Shown: positions 9,278 to 19,556 of the stretch, one piece after another | Position numbering within the stretch: the first letter of the stretch is position 1 | Layout: every line of letters starts with the position of its first letter | Assembly (NCBI GenBank): GCA_963804995.1 | Contig: CAWDSK010000006.1 | Span: 64,001-128,000, forward strand | Length of the DNA stretch: 64,000 bases | DNA from: an uncultured Acidobacteriota bacterium | GTDB taxonomy: Bacteria; Acidobacteriota; Terriglobia; UBA7540 | Direction: 5' to 3' | Notes under the pieces: generated by a model | Told to the model about the DNA's origin: nothing | What the model saw: the letters and a program-made list of their open reading frames with translations, nothing else | Database searches by the model: none | Made by a program: the position numbers and the translations under genes

Positions 9278-11890
9278 TCACCCCTCGGGCGGCGATTTCT
9301 TGGGCGGCTCCGGAGGGGGGGTGGACTTGGAACCCTTGCCCTTGAAAATCGTGAGGAATTTCTTCAGCACACCGCCTTTCTTTTCCGCGGAGGGTTGAGG
9401 TGCGTCAGGGTCCGAAGTGGAGGGAGAGGCGTGCTCCTCCCCCACGGGAGGGGTCGTGGCAGCGACGGGCAGCGTGGTCGAGTTCCGCGAATGGAACAAC
9501 CGGCTGAGAATCCCCCCGCCTTCCCGTCCCGGGGATTGCGCCTGCGGCTCGGTCCCTTCAATGAAGCACTCGTTCCTAACCACCGTGGACTCCCCGCCAC
9601 CGGGAAGGTTGGCCGTCATCTGCACGGGAACCGTGACGATGCCGGGCGGAGCTTCAAACGGCGTGGGGTCGTGGTAGGCGGGATTCCGGGTAGCCAGTTT
9701 CATGAACTCAGCCCAGATGGGGAGCGCCGACGCCGATCCGGTCAGCTTGAGTTCGTGATCGTCATCATAGCCCACCCAGGCTACGGCCAGCAGATTGGAA
9801 GTGAAACCCGCGAACCATCCGTCATGCGAGGTGCCCGTCTTCCCCGCGGCGGGCAGCGTAAATCCGCGAGTGCGCACCCCCGCCGCCGTCCCGTTGTTCA
9901 TCACGCTCTCCAGCAGGTTCACCATCAGATAGGCCACGCGCGGGTCCAGCACCTGACTGCTAACTTCCGTGCTTCGCCACAGCGTGTGCCCGGAGGCGTC
10001 ATTGACCGCCAGAATGAATCGCGGTTCCACGTAGCGCCCACCGTTCGAGAAGATAGTGTAAGCGCCCGCGATCTCGAGCGGCGTGGCCACATAGCTCCCG
10101 AGTGCAATGGCCGGCGTGGCCAGCAAATCCTTGTTGATCCCGGCCGCCACCGCCAGACTTCGCACCTTATCGTATCCCACCATTTCCGCCAGGCGCACCG
10201 TGGCCACGTTCAACGAGTACATCAACGCTTCCCGCAGGCTGACCAGCCCGTGGTATTCCTGCTTGAAGTTCTCCGGCTCATACGACTGGTCGGCGAACTG
10301 AAAAGTGGTGGGCTCGTCGTTGACCACCGTGGCGGGCGTGATGAGCGGCAGGGAGCCATCCACTCCGGAGCTCAGCGCGGCGGCATACACAAACGGTTTG
10401 AAGGATGACCCCGGCTGACGTTTGGCCAGGACGTGGTTGAGTTGGCTGCGGCCGTAATCCCGCCCCCCCACCAGCGCCTTCATCCACCCCGTGTGCGGGT
10501 CAAGCACCACCAACGCCACCTGCGGTTGCAGAGTGTCGACGGCGGCAGCCTCTTTCGCGGCCTTGGGCCTCTTCAACTGCTTATCGACCTCGGCCGCACC
10601 CGCGCGGATTCCCTCCGAAGCAGCCTCCTGCACATCCAAATCCAGCGTGGTGTAAATCCGGTAACTCTGGGAAAGCAGGTCGTGTTCGGTGAACTGCGCA
10701 AGCAATTGGTCTTTCACCATGTCGACGAAGTACGGCGCTTGCATGCCCTCCACGTTCCGCAGCACCAGTCCCAAGGGAGCCGCATTGGCCTTTTCCGCCT
10801 CCGCGGGTGAAAGGAGCCCAAGCTCCAGCATGCTGCGCAACACAAAGTTGCGGCGCTCCAGAGCCCGCGCGGGATACTTGTAGGGCGAATAGATGTTCGG
10901 TCCGCGAATCACGCCGGCCAGCAAAGCCGCTTCCGCAGCGTCAAGGCTGTTCACATCCTTGTTAAAGTACGCGCTCGCCGCTTCGCCAAATCCGTAAATG
11001 GAGAAGCTCCCCCGCTGGCCCAGGTAGATCTGGTTCGCGTACAGTTCGAAAATCTGTTCCTTCGTCAGGCGCTGCTCGAGCAGCAGAGCCAGGAAGACTT
11101 CCGTTATTTTGCGGCCGTAGGTGCGCTGCTGCGAGAGGCCGAAAATATTCCGCGCCAATTGCATGGTCAGGGTGCTGCCGCCTTGCACGACTTGTTCCTT
11201 CCGGAAAAAATCATGCATGGCGGCAGCTATGATGCGGTAGAAGTTCACGCCGTGATGCGAGAAGAAACTGTGGTCTTCCGCCGCCAGCACGGCATTAATC
11301 ACCGGCTTGGGAAGGTCCTGGTAACGCACCAGACGCCGTTTGGAGCGGGAATTATCAAAGAGCGTGGTGATAACTTGCGGTTCGAGCTGGTAGCTCTCAA
11401 GCTGTCCCGCGCCGGAAAGGGAGCTAATGGAGGCAACACGTCCGTCGCGAAATTCCAGCGCCGCCGCTCCTTCCTTCACCACTTCACCCTGGAAGAAGGA
11501 GGCGGGCCCGGGACGGATCTCCAGGCGGTTTCCCTCCAGGCGGTAGGTGCCCACCTGTGAGCCGCTCTCGTTTTCGGCGTACATCGCCTTGCGCAGCCGC
11601 GCCGCAATAGTTTGGGGAGTCTCGGCTTCCCCCACCAGGACGGGCGTGGGGGCGCCAAACACCAGGGAGGCATTGTTAAAGATGTCGCCGCTCAACCGGG
11701 CGTCAATCACCCGCGAAAAGCGGACGTAAAAGTAAACGAAGGTCCCGGTCCCCACCACCAAGCCCAACAAGGCGGCGCCCAGCAGAATTTTCTTCCACAT
11801 CCGCAGACGTGCTTTACCCGCCCTCACAGGCTTCAGGAGCGCCCGTGAGCCAGAGGAACCTCGCGATGCCGAAGCTGGACGGAGAGGCAC
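9278..11890 (-). CDS. Class A penicillin-binding protein (PBP1B-like)
   Basis: Transglycosylase motifs EDHSFFSHHG and GGSTLTMQLA; transpeptidase SSFK, SLN and KTG. Confidence 0.93.
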   Translation of the reverse strand: MPLRPASASRGSSGSRALLKPVRAGKARLRMWKKILLGAALLGLVVGTGTFVYFYVRFSRVIDARLSGDIFNNASLVFGAPTPVLVGEAETPQTIAARLRKAMYAENESGSQVGTYRLEGNRLEIRPGPASFFQGEVVKEGAAALEFRDGRVASISSLSGAGQLESYQLEPQVITTLFDNSRSKRRLVRYQDLPKPVINAVLAAEDHSFFSHHGVNFYRIIAAAMHDFFRKEQVVQGGSTLTMQLARNIFGLSQQRTYGRKITEVFLALLLEQRLTKEQIFELYANQIYLGQRGSFSIYGFGEAASAYFNKDVNSLDAAEAALLAGVIRGPNIYSPYKYPARALERRNFVLRSMLELGLLSPAEAEKANAAPLGLVLRNVEGMQAPYFVDMVKDQLLAQFTEHDLLSQSYRIYTTLDLDVQEAASEGIRAGAAEVDKQLKRPKAAKEAAAVDTLQPQVALVVLDPHTGWMKALVGGRDYGRSQLNHVLAKRQPGSSFKPFVYAAALSSGVDGSLPLITPATVVNDEPTTFQFADQSYEPENFKQEYHGLVSLREALMYSLNVATVRLAEMVGYDKVRSLAVAAGINKDLLATPAIALGSYVATPLEIAGAYTIFSNGGRYVEPRFILAVNDASGHTLWRSTEVSSQVLDPRVAYLMVNLLESVMNNGTAAGVRTRGFTLPAAGKTGTSHDGWFAGFTSNLLAVAWVGYDDDHELKLTGSASALPIWAEFMKLATRNPAYHDPTPFEAPPGIVTVPVQMTANLPGGGESTVVRNECFIEGTEPQAQSPGREGGGILSRLFHSRNSTTLPVAATTPPVGEEHASPSTSDPDAPQPSAEKKGGVLKKFLTIFKGKGSKSTPPPEPPKKSPPEG

Positions 11891-11893
11891 GGT

Positions 11894-12271
11894 TTATAGT
11901 ATCGACCGGTTTTCGGATGAGGGAGTAAAGTGGAGCGGCAGCGTGAAAACCTTTAAATCCACGGGGACTTTGTAATCGATATTGATCTTGACGATGTTCT
12001 GGTTGGCTACCACGGTTATATCGTCCGCGGTTACGGGAAGACCCAGGTCATCGGCCTTGGCCAGGATAACTTTTTTGATTCCCTCGGGCGTGGCACGCTG
12101 CGTCAACCAGAAGGGTGTCTGGCTCTGAATGTAGTCGTTCAGTTGGAAATTGTTTACGTAGACGGGTATGATTTTAAAACTGGCATAGATCACGGCCACG
12201 ATAAAGGCCAAATAGAGGATGGCCTTCATCGATATCATCCCTGACTCAGTTCGCCGCGCCGTATTCCCCAT
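11894..12271 (-). CDS. Small membrane protein (DUF4845-like)
   Basis: N-terminal TM followed by KIIPVY; operonic position between proS and the PBP gene. Confidence 0.6.
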   Translation of the reverse strand: MGNTARRTESGMISMKAILYLAFIVAVIYASFKIIPVYVNNFQLNDYIQSQTPFWLTQRATPEGIKKVILAKADDLGLPVTADDITVVANQNIVKINIDYKVPVDLKVFTLPLHFTPSSENRSIL

Positions 12272-12292
12272 GGCAAGCGACTCCCCTTTCCG

Positions 12293-13990
12293 CTAACCCA
12301 AACGTTTTGCGAGCAATTCCGCTACAACCGACTCCAGCTTAACATCCTGAATTTGCTTTGTCGAGCGGCGGAAGATCTCCGCCAGACCTTGCTCGAACTT
12401 GCGTTTGCCCACGGTCACGCGATACGGCACGCCGATCAGATCCGCATCCTTGAACTTTACACCCGGCCGTTCGGCGCGATCGTCAAACAGCACATCGATG
12501 CCCTGCGCCCGCAAGTCGGCGTAGAGCGATTCCCCGGCCGCACGCAGCTTCGCGTCATCCATGTTGGCGACAGTCAGAATCACCTCAAAAGGAGCAATAG
12601 TGGGCGGCAGAAACATACCGTCCTTGTCGTGATTCTGCTCCACCGCGGCGCTCAGGATGCGTTCCACGCCAATCCCGTAAGAGCCCATAACCAGCGGCAC
12701 CTCCCGGCCATTTTCGTCGAGCACACTGGCGTGCATGGCTTGGGAATAGCGCCGTCCCAATTTGAAGACGTGCCCCAGCTCTACGGCGATGCTGATGCGC
12801 AGCGGCTTGCCGCACCGCAAGCAGAAATCGCCGGCGGAGACCACCCGCAGGTCACGATACTCTGGCGTGAAGTCCCGACCCGGAGTCACATTGCGCAGGT
12901 GCGTGTCGTCGCGGTTGGCGCCGCTGATCATATTCTTCCTGCCCTCCAGAGCCTGGTCGGCAAGAATCCGCACTCCACTTAAGCCCACCGGACCGAGCGA
13001 GCCCAGGTGCGCCCCGTGCAGTGCCAGGGCCTCCTCCGGCGTGGCGGGACGGAAAGCGTCAGTGCCGAGCGTCGCCGCCAGCTTGGTCTCACTCAGCGTG
13101 TGGTCGCCGCGCAAGAGGATGACGATTGGCTTGCTGTCCGCGACGAAGACCAGCGTCTTGATCAACCGGTTGGCGTTCTCGCCCGTGAATTTCACCAGGT
13201 CATCGATGGTCTTCAGCCCCGGCGTGGGGAATGGTTCCGGCGCGGCGTCGCCTGCGGGGTCCGCAACCTCCGGCGCCTTCCCTTCCGCTTTCTCCAGGTT
13301 CGCGGCGTAACCACAATCGCACATCGTGATGGCATCTTCGCCGGCGTCGGTGGGCGCCGTGAATTCGTGCGAGTACGTCCCGCCCATCGTGCCCGAATAC
13401 GCTTCCACGATCACGTACTTCAGGCCGCAACGGTCGAAGATGCGGCGGTAGGCGTCATAGTGCTTGCGGTAGCTCACATCCAACCCGGCGTCATCGAGGT
13501 CGAAGGAATAGCAGTCTTTCATCCAGAATTGCCGCAGGCGCAACAAGCCGGATTTGGGACGAGGCTCGTCGCGGAATTTCTCCTGAATCTGGTACCACAT
13601 CTGGGGAAGCTGCTTGTAGGAGCGCAATTCCCCGCGCGCGATGTTGGTCATCTCCTCTTCATGGGTCACGCCCAGGCACATGTCGTGGCCGTTGCGGTCC
13701 TTGAACTTGAACATCGTGGGGCCATAAGCCTCGTAACGCCCCGTCTCTTTCCAGAGCTCCGCGGGGTTGAGCGCCGGCAGGTAGAATTCCTGCGCGCCAA
13801 TGGCATTCATTTCTTCGCGGATGATCTGCATGATCTTCAGCAAAGACCTCTGCGCCAGCATCAGATGGGCGTAAAGGCCGGCCGCCACTTGGCGAATGTA
13901 CCCCGCCCGCAGCAGAAGGCGGTGACTGGGAACATCCGCTTCGGCGGGATCTTCCCGCAAAGTGGGAATGAAAACTTGACTCCAACGCAT
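12293..13990 (-). CDS. proS: Proline--tRNA ligase
   Basis: MRWSQVFIPTLRE, THEE, FRDEPRP, editing domain, MGSYGIG, GVKFKDADLIG. Confidence 0.97.
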   Translation of the reverse strand: MRWSQVFIPTLREDPAEADVPSHRLLLRAGYIRQVAAGLYAHLMLAQRSLLKIMQIIREEMNAIGAQEFYLPALNPAELWKETGRYEAYGPTMFKFKDRNGHDMCLGVTHEEEMTNIARGELRSYKQLPQMWYQIQEKFRDEPRPKSGLLRLRQFWMKDCYSFDLDDAGLDVSYRKHYDAYRRIFDRCGLKYVIVEAYSGTMGGTYSHEFTAPTDAGEDAITMCDCGYAANLEKAEGKAPEVADPAGDAAPEPFPTPGLKTIDDLVKFTGENANRLIKTLVFVADSKPIVILLRGDHTLSETKLAATLGTDAFRPATPEEALALHGAHLGSLGPVGLSGVRILADQALEGRKNMISGANRDDTHLRNVTPGRDFTPEYRDLRVVSAGDFCLRCGKPLRISIAVELGHVFKLGRRYSQAMHASVLDENGREVPLVMGSYGIGVERILSAAVEQNHDKDGMFLPPTIAPFEVILTVANMDDAKLRAAGESLYADLRAQGIDVLFDDRAERPGVKFKDADLIGVPYRVTVGKRKFEQGLAEIFRRSTKQIQDVKLESVVAELLAKRLG

Positions 13991-14014
13991 GAGTTCAACC
14001 TTTCGTGGTGTGTA

Positions 14015-14147
14015 GCTGTAAGCTTTCAGCGATCAGCTATTAGCTATCAGCTTTCAGCGATCTGCTTTCTGCCTTCTGCCTTCTGCCTTCTGCTTTCTGC
14101 CTTCTGCTTTCTGCTTTCTGCTTTCTGCTTTCAGCTTTCAGCGATCA
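14015..14147. repeat. 19-unit heptamer tandem array (GCTTTCT/GCCTTCT/GCGATCA variants)
   Basis: Directly readable 7-bp periodicity just upstream of proS. Confidence 0.92.
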
Positions 14148-14326
14148 GCTTGACCGTCGGCCCTCAGGCCACTGGCCGATTTCGAGACGGCTGATTGCCC
14201 TCAATCAGAATCCGTCATTGTTGAGGATACGGCTAGAGATTGTCAAGAAAGGCGCGCCCGCGGGTGTGAGTCGGTTTGGGCTTTCGTCAAATTGATATAC
14301 TAGCGGTGAGTTTACTCCCAGCGGGT

Positions 14327-14520
14327 ATGAGGCACCTGATGACCAAACCCGGAAGACTCCAGAGAGCGGCGGTGGTGGTCGTCCACGCTGCGGTGGGCTG
14401 GGCGTACTGCGGCACACTCATAGGCATGGGTCGGCAGTTTCTCTCGATGCACGCTACGCTTGTCCTTCACGCCATAGGCGCGCCGGTTGGATTCTCCTTG
14501 ATATCGTTTTTCTACTACCC
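14327..14520 (+). pseudogene. Probable truncated membrane protein
   Basis: Two hydrophobic helices (HAAVGWAYCGTLIGMG, HAIGAPVGFSLISFFYY) followed by abrupt loss of protein-like composition. Confidence 0.35.
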
Positions 14521-14619
14521 ACAAAATCTCCCATACGGGCTCGTGCGCAACAACGGCTTCTTCGCCACGCCACATTCGCTCAAATGTCGAAGGAAGAACC
14601 GCCCCGATGCATGGGGGCG

Positions 14620-15030
14620 CTACGCTTGCTCTTCCGCGAACCGGCGCAGGAGCGATCGGAGCTGGTCGCGCACGCGGCGGAATTCTGCCAGCCTCTCCCC
14701 TTCTGGGCCCTGGAGGGCGGCAGGGTCATCGAGGCTCCAATGGATGCGCTGGGTGGCGGCGGGAAAAACGGGGCAACTCTCCTTGGCGTTATCACAGACG
14801 GTTATCACATAATCGAAGCCCTGCCCCACGAACTCGTCCACTGATTTCGACCGGTGGCCCGAGATATCAATCCCGATTTCACGCATGGCCGCAATGGCTT
14901 CCGGACGCACGTGGCTGGGGTTGGTGCCCGCGCTCAAGACCTCAAACGCCGCCCCTCCATCGTGCCGAAGTAGTCCCTCCGCCATCTGGCTTCGCGCTGA
15001 GTTCCCCGTACAAAGGATCAAAACTCGCAT
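14620..15030 (-). CDS. arsC: Arsenate reductase, LMW-PTP/thioredoxin type
   Basis: [13 protein letters not shown]-loop; [18 protein letters not shown]. Confidence 0.9.
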   Translation of the reverse strand: MRVLILCTGNSARSQMAEGLLRHDGGAAFEVLSAGTNPSHVRPEAIAAMREIGIDISGHRSKSVDEFVGQGFDYVITVCDNAKESCPVFPAATQRIHWSLDDPAALQGPEGERLAEFRRVRDQLRSLLRRFAEEQA

Positions 15031-15036
15031 GGCTCT

Positions 15037-15225
15037 TCACCTTTCACGAAGATCTTCCGGATGTTGGTTGACAAGGTGTGATCCGGATGGAAGGGTTCGC
15101 TGTTGGAGCTCATTGGCTTCTTGCTGCAAGGACATGTCCGAGCTGATCTCCGGCGTGCAGCTAGGCAGTGTTACCCAAGCTGCGAATACGGAGACAGCGG
15201 TGATGGATTTCAGAAGCCTATTCAC
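15037..15225 (-). CDS. Short ORF with lipoprotein-like signal, possibly a fragment
   Basis: Overlaps the upstream arsC stop (ATGA); hydrophobic stretch ending LPSC. Confidence 0.35.
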   Translation of the reverse strand: MNRLLKSITAVSVFAAWVTLPSCTPEISSDMSLQQEANELQQRTLPSGSHLVNQHPEDLRER

Positions 15226-15659
15226 GGGTGCTCGCTGGGCGGTGCTTCTTTCGCGACAAACTCTTCGATCTTTTGCTCGATCTGGTCACGAACACGGCGG
15301 AACACAACTAACTTTTCAGCCGCCGTACCCGGTGTTGCGGCAGGATCCTCAAAACTCCAATCAAGGTACCAAATTGCGCCGGGTAGAACCGGGCACTTCT
15401 CTCTCACCTTATCGCAAACCCTGATGATGTAATGGAACCTTTGTCCCAGGAACTCCGCTACATCTTTCGCGTGTTGACCGGAGATATCGATGCCGATTTC
15501 CTTCATTACTTCCACCGCAGCAGGGTTGAGTTCCGTGGGTTGGGCTCCTCCACTAAAGACATCGAAGCGATCGCCGGCGAGGTGCCGCAAGAATCCTTCC
15601 GCCATTTGGCTGCGGCAAGAGTTCTCGGTGCAAACGAACATCACTTTTTGGTTGATCAT
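15222..15659 (-). CDS. arsC: Arsenate reductase, LMW-PTP/thioredoxin type
   Basis: CTENSCRSQMAE; RVCDKVREKCP; WSFEDP. Confidence 0.9.
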   Translation of the reverse strand: MINQKVMFVCTENSCRSQMAEGFLRHLAGDRFDVFSGGAQPTELNPAAVEVMKEIGIDISGQHAKDVAEFLGQRFHYIIRVCDKVREKCPVLPGAIWYLDWSFEDPAATPGTAAEKLVVFRRVRDQIEQKIEEFVAKEAPPSEHP

Positions 15660-15727
15660 GGTTCCCCCTCCTTGTCCGTCGGACTATTGCCATCGCCCCG
15701 TGAGATCGGGAAAGGTGGTCACGAGCC

Positions 15728-16807
15728 TTACGCCAACTTCGCTTCGCCCATCGGCGCCGGAGTGGTTGGAAAGAAAAGCCGCTGAAAACGCAGCGAAACT
15801 CCTACCAATCCAATCAATACCGGAACCTCCACCAGCGGACCGATCACCGCCGCAAAGGCTGCGCCTGAGTGAATTCCAAAAACTGCCACCGCCACCGCAA
15901 TGGCCAGCTCAAAATTATTGCTTGCCGCCGTAAAGGAGAGGGTAGCCGTCTTGGAGTAGTCAGCGCCCAGCTTCTTGCCCATGTAAAAGGAGACCAGGAA
16001 CATCACCACGAAGTAAATCAAGAGGGGAAGCGCAATGCGCAACACGTCCAGCGGCAGTTGAATGATGTATTGCCCCTTTAGCGAGAACATCACCACAATC
16101 GTGAAGAGCAAGGCCACCAGCGTGAGTGGGCTGATGCGGGGCACAAACTTCTTTTCGTACCATTCCCGCCCCCGCGCGCGAACCAGGGTGAATCGTGTAA
16201 TCATTCCCGCGAGAAACGGGATGCCAAGGTAGAAGAAGACGCTCTGCGCGATCTGCTTCATGGAAACATCCACGATCGTCCCCTTCATACCGATCCACGA
16301 CGGCAAGAGGGTGATGAAGAACCACGCGTAGACGGAGTAGAACAACACCTGGAAAACGGAATTGAAGGCCACCAGTCCGGCCGCGTATTCAGTATCTCCC
16401 TTGGCGAGTTCGTTCCAAACAATCACCATGGCGATACACCGCGCCAGGCCGATCATGATCAGTCCCACCATGTATTCGGGATAATGTCGCAAGAAAGTGA
16501 CGGCCAGAACAAACATCAAAACGGGGCCGATAATCCAGTTTTGCAGCAGGGAGAGCAACAGGACACGTTTGTTCCGGAAGACCTCGCCCAGTTCTTCGTA
16601 TCGGACCTTGGCCAGGGGCGGGTACATCATCAGAATTAAACCGGCGGCAATGGGGATGGAGGTGGTACCTATCTGAAAGGTGGTAACCGCCCGAACCACA
16701 CTTGGCAGGAAATAGCCGGAAGCCACGCCCACAGCCATGGCGAGGAAAATCCAAACCGTAAGATACCGGTCAAGAAACGATAGCTTGCGCGCCAAGTGTT
16801 CTGACAT
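15728..16807 (-). CDS. acr3: ACR3 family arsenite efflux transporter
   Basis: [50 protein letters not shown]. Confidence 0.96.
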   Translation of the reverse strand: MSEHLARKLSFLDRYLTVWIFLAMAVGVASGYFLPSVVRAVTTFQIGTTSIPIAAGLILMMYPPLAKVRYEELGEVFRNKRVLLLSLLQNWIIGPVLMFVLAVTFLRHYPEYMVGLIMIGLARCIAMVIVWNELAKGDTEYAAGLVAFNSVFQVLFYSVYAWFFITLLPSWIGMKGTIVDVSMKQIAQSVFFYLGIPFLAGMITRFTLVRARGREWYEKKFVPRISPLTLVALLFTIVVMFSLKGQYIIQLPLDVLRIALPLLIYFVVMFLVSFYMGKKLGADYSKTATLSFTAASNNFELAIAVAVAVFGIHSGAAFAAVIGPLVEVPVLIGLVGVSLRFQRLFFPTTPAPMGEAKLA

Positions 16808-16892
16808 CCTTCTGTGCCTCTCAATTATGAAATCGGACGATTGCGAGGAGACTCCCCCGCCAAAGGACTCCAGTGGCAGGCGAGTCGCGGTG

Positions 16893-17714
16893 CTACGCGC
16901 TCGGCTTCTTCGCCCGCACGAAAGCGCTCATGAACTTGCCATCCACCAGCGGCGCAATCGCATCCACGTCGATGCCCTTGCTGGAAAGCAGTTCCCGCGC
17001 ATCCTCAACCCGGTAGATTCGCGTCGGTTCCATGTTGACGACTTCAAACCCCACACGGGCAAGCTTCGCAAGATATTCGTTTTCCTCTAGCGCTCCTGCC
17101 ATGCAGCCGACCCACAACTCCACGCTGCGCCGAATATCGGCAGGAACCTCCCCGCGAACCACGATGTCAGAGACCGCGAACCTTCCTCCGGGCTTAAGCA
17201 CACGAAATGCTTCCTGCAACACTTTGTCCTTGTCCGCAGAAAGGTTGATGACACAATTGGAAATGATCACGTCCACAGAACTGTCGGGCAGCGGTATGTT
17301 CTCAATCTCGCCTTTCAGGAATTCCACATTCTCAACGCCGGCCTTCCGCTGGTTCTCGCGGGCCAGCGCCAGCATCTCATCGGTCATATCCAGACCGTAT
17401 GCCTTGCCCGAGGGGCCCACGCGCTTCGCGGAAAGCAGCACATCGATGCCACCTCCCGACCCCAGATCGAGGACAGTCTCGCCGGGTTTCAACTCAGCCA
17501 GCGCCGTCGGATTCCCACAACCCAGGGAGGCCAGCAAGGCCTCTTCCGGGATCTGGCTGGTTTGGCTGCCATCGTAGAGGTTCGAAGTGATCGGATCAGG
17601 ACACCCTTCCACCGCGGGCGCCGCGCCGCAGCAGGAATTCCCCCCTTTAATGACCCGCAAAGCAGCTTGGCCGTACTTCTCTTTCACAACTTCTTTGATA
17701 TTATCCACACTCAT
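16893..17714 (-). CDS. arsM: Arsenite S-adenosylmethionine methyltransferase
   Basis: [36 protein letters not shown]. Confidence 0.94.
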   Translation of the reverse strand: MSVDNIKEVVKEKYGQAALRVIKGGNSCCGAAPAVEGCPDPITSNLYDGSQTSQIPEEALLASLGCGNPTALAELKPGETVLDLGSGGGIDVLLSAKRVGPSGKAYGLDMTDEMLALARENQRKAGVENVEFLKGEIENIPLPDSSVDVIISNCVINLSADKDKVLQEAFRVLKPGGRFAVSDIVVRGEVPADIRRSVELWVGCMAGALEENEYLAKLARVGFEVVNMEPTRIYRVEDARELLSSKGIDVDAIAPLVDGKFMSAFVRAKKPSA

Positions 17715-18091
17715 CTGCTCTTCCTTTCCCTGATAGCTCCAGGGGCCGGTCCGATGGCGACAAGTTCTCCCGGCTCAATGGCCTTGTTCCGCGTACAGCA
17801 CTCCGCATACAAAAAGTTCATGACCTCCTGCAAGGCTTCCAGGTTCGCCGAGTACCACAGGAACGTCCCCTCCCGCCGCACCCTGACGAGTTCCTCATTC
17901 TTAAGCTTGTCGAGGTGATGGGAAAGCGTGGAGGCGGGGATTTCCAATTCATCTTGGATATCGCCGACCACCAGTCCCTGCGGGTGCGCAGTGAGTAGCA
18001 GTTGCATGATGCGCAGCCGGGGCTCGGCGCCCATGGCAGCAAACATATCCGCATAGCGGGTGACGGGTGGGGAGTCCCTCCGAGTTCTCAT
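17711..18091 (-). CDS. arsR: ArsR/SmtB family repressor
   Basis: HTH (STLSHHLDKL), C-terminal vicinal CC (AECCTR), first gene of the ars operon. Confidence 0.92.
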   Translation of the reverse strand: MRTRRDSPPVTRYADMFAAMGAEPRLRIMQLLLTAHPQGLVVGDIQDELEIPASTLSHHLDKLKNEELVRVRREGTFLWYSANLEALQEVMNFLYAECCTRNKAIEPGELVAIGPAPGAIRERKSR

Positions 18092-18125
18092 ACTTCGATG
18101 ATACTAGAAATATGCAAAGATGCAA
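18092..18125 (-). promoter_or_regulatory. Candidate sigma70 promoter/operator of arsR, possibly leaderless
   Basis: TTGCAT-16nt-TATCAT, 6 nt before ATG; imperfect palindrome ATATTTC...GAAGTAT overlaps the -10; no SD seen. Confidence 0.4.
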
Positions 18126-18542
18126 GAGGACTTTAACGCCTTGCCGTGTCCAACCGTGGCGGTGGGGCCGATTTTCCCGTGGCCTGAGCCGTGGGCAACG
18201 ACCTTTCGCCACTGCGCGGGTTGGCGCACGAACGATTTCAGACAATTCGACACGCCTCCTTTACGATTTGGGCTACCGGTAGCCCATTTCTATATATCTT
18301 TCTTGACAAGGGCTGGCTACCTGCTAGGCTATTAGGTGGGATGTTGTGCCGTGGGGAAGCCTCGTGCCACAGGGGTACCCGAAACGCGCCGCGGAAACCG
18401 CGCCTACCCACCCCAACGCACGCCTCATGCGCAGAATGCAAGAATTTAACTTTCGAGAAGTGCGGCGGATTACCAACCTGCTGCTCAAGATCAAACGCCG
18501 AGAGCGCAAAATGGAACCTGGGGAAGCGAGCGGAGATGACCT

Positions 18543-18817
18543 CCTAACCCATGATGTAATAGAAAACAAAGGAACTTAGCGGTGAAATGGCAGAAATGTC
18601 CAAGCACCTATGTATTTGAAATTAAATAAGATCGCGCATGTCGGGGGCTTGGGCGGGGAGAAAAAGGGGGAATTAAAAGTGAAGGATGAACCCATCATGT
18701 CGTTGAAAACACATGTAGAAAAAATGTCAGTTTGGTGCTAACCCATTATGTTTATGATAATTAAGCTAGTTATAGTCGCTAACCCATGATGTTGATGAAA
18801 AGAAAGGGAGTTATAGA
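18543..18817. repeat. AT-rich degenerate direct-repeat array (AACCCATNATGT...GAWAA..., 4-5 copies)
   Basis: Copies near 18544, 18689, 18738 and 18779, plus a weak copy near 18601. Confidence 0.7.
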
Positions 18818-18830
18818 AAGGTGCCAGGTG

Positions 18831-19041
18831 CTAGTGTGGTGTCCCGGTTAATATTTGACAAGGCTGTCCGACCCCCTCACCCCCCAGCCCCTCTCCCCCA
18901 AAGGGGCGAGGGGAGAGTTAATTCTCTTGCCCTCGCCCCTTTGGGGGAGAGGGTGGCTGGCCGAGGCGTTCTCATCAGCCGAGGCCAGACGGGTGAGGGG
19001 GTTCTACCCATTGTCAACTCTAGCACGGGACACCACACTAG
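18831..19041. mobile_element. 211-bp MITE C, copy 2 (inverted)
   Basis: CTAG at both ends; same TIR; one visible internal substitution relative to 4336-4546. Confidence 0.88.
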
Positions 19042-19556
19042 AGAGCGAATCCGGGATTGGGGACTGCGGGGTCGGCGCCGAGTGCGGCTACGAAAAGCTG
19101 CATGGCTCCTTAGCGGGATTGGGAGTGAAAAATGATCGGTAAAACGCCCTTACTCAGGATTGGTCAAACCGGCCCACAACCGAGGCCAAGCTCGGGAATC
19201 GGCCACCTATCGCGCCCACCCATCGGAAAGCGAGGCTCTGGCAGGCCTCCTTCCGGCCGCCTGTTTGCATCCAAGCCTAAAGCCAGGGGTACTGGCCCGG
19301 CCACCCCGCCGCTTCGATTTAACACTCTTAACACCAATCCGAAACAACTAATATCTACAGCTTATGCATCTCATTGAACGTGCGATAAATACAATTATGT
19401 AACCATGGTTTAGGTTGTTTCGTATAACAGGGCGTGAAAGGAAAACGGAAGATGATCCGAAGATTGACTCAGGGCAACATGAGAAAATCAGGGTTGAATC
19501 ACCCGGCTGAGGCCAGGCTGATCGCCCAGAGCAAATTCTCAAGCAGGAGGACAACA

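Noticed and set aside
14518..14575. VVAHEPVWEI resembling the triosephosphate isomerase AYEPVWAIG motif
   Set aside because: Too short to distinguish from chance; no other TIM sequence around it.
18543..18817. Possible degenerate CRISPR array
   Set aside because: Repeats are too divergent and spacing is irregular (about 40 to 90 bp); no cas genes.
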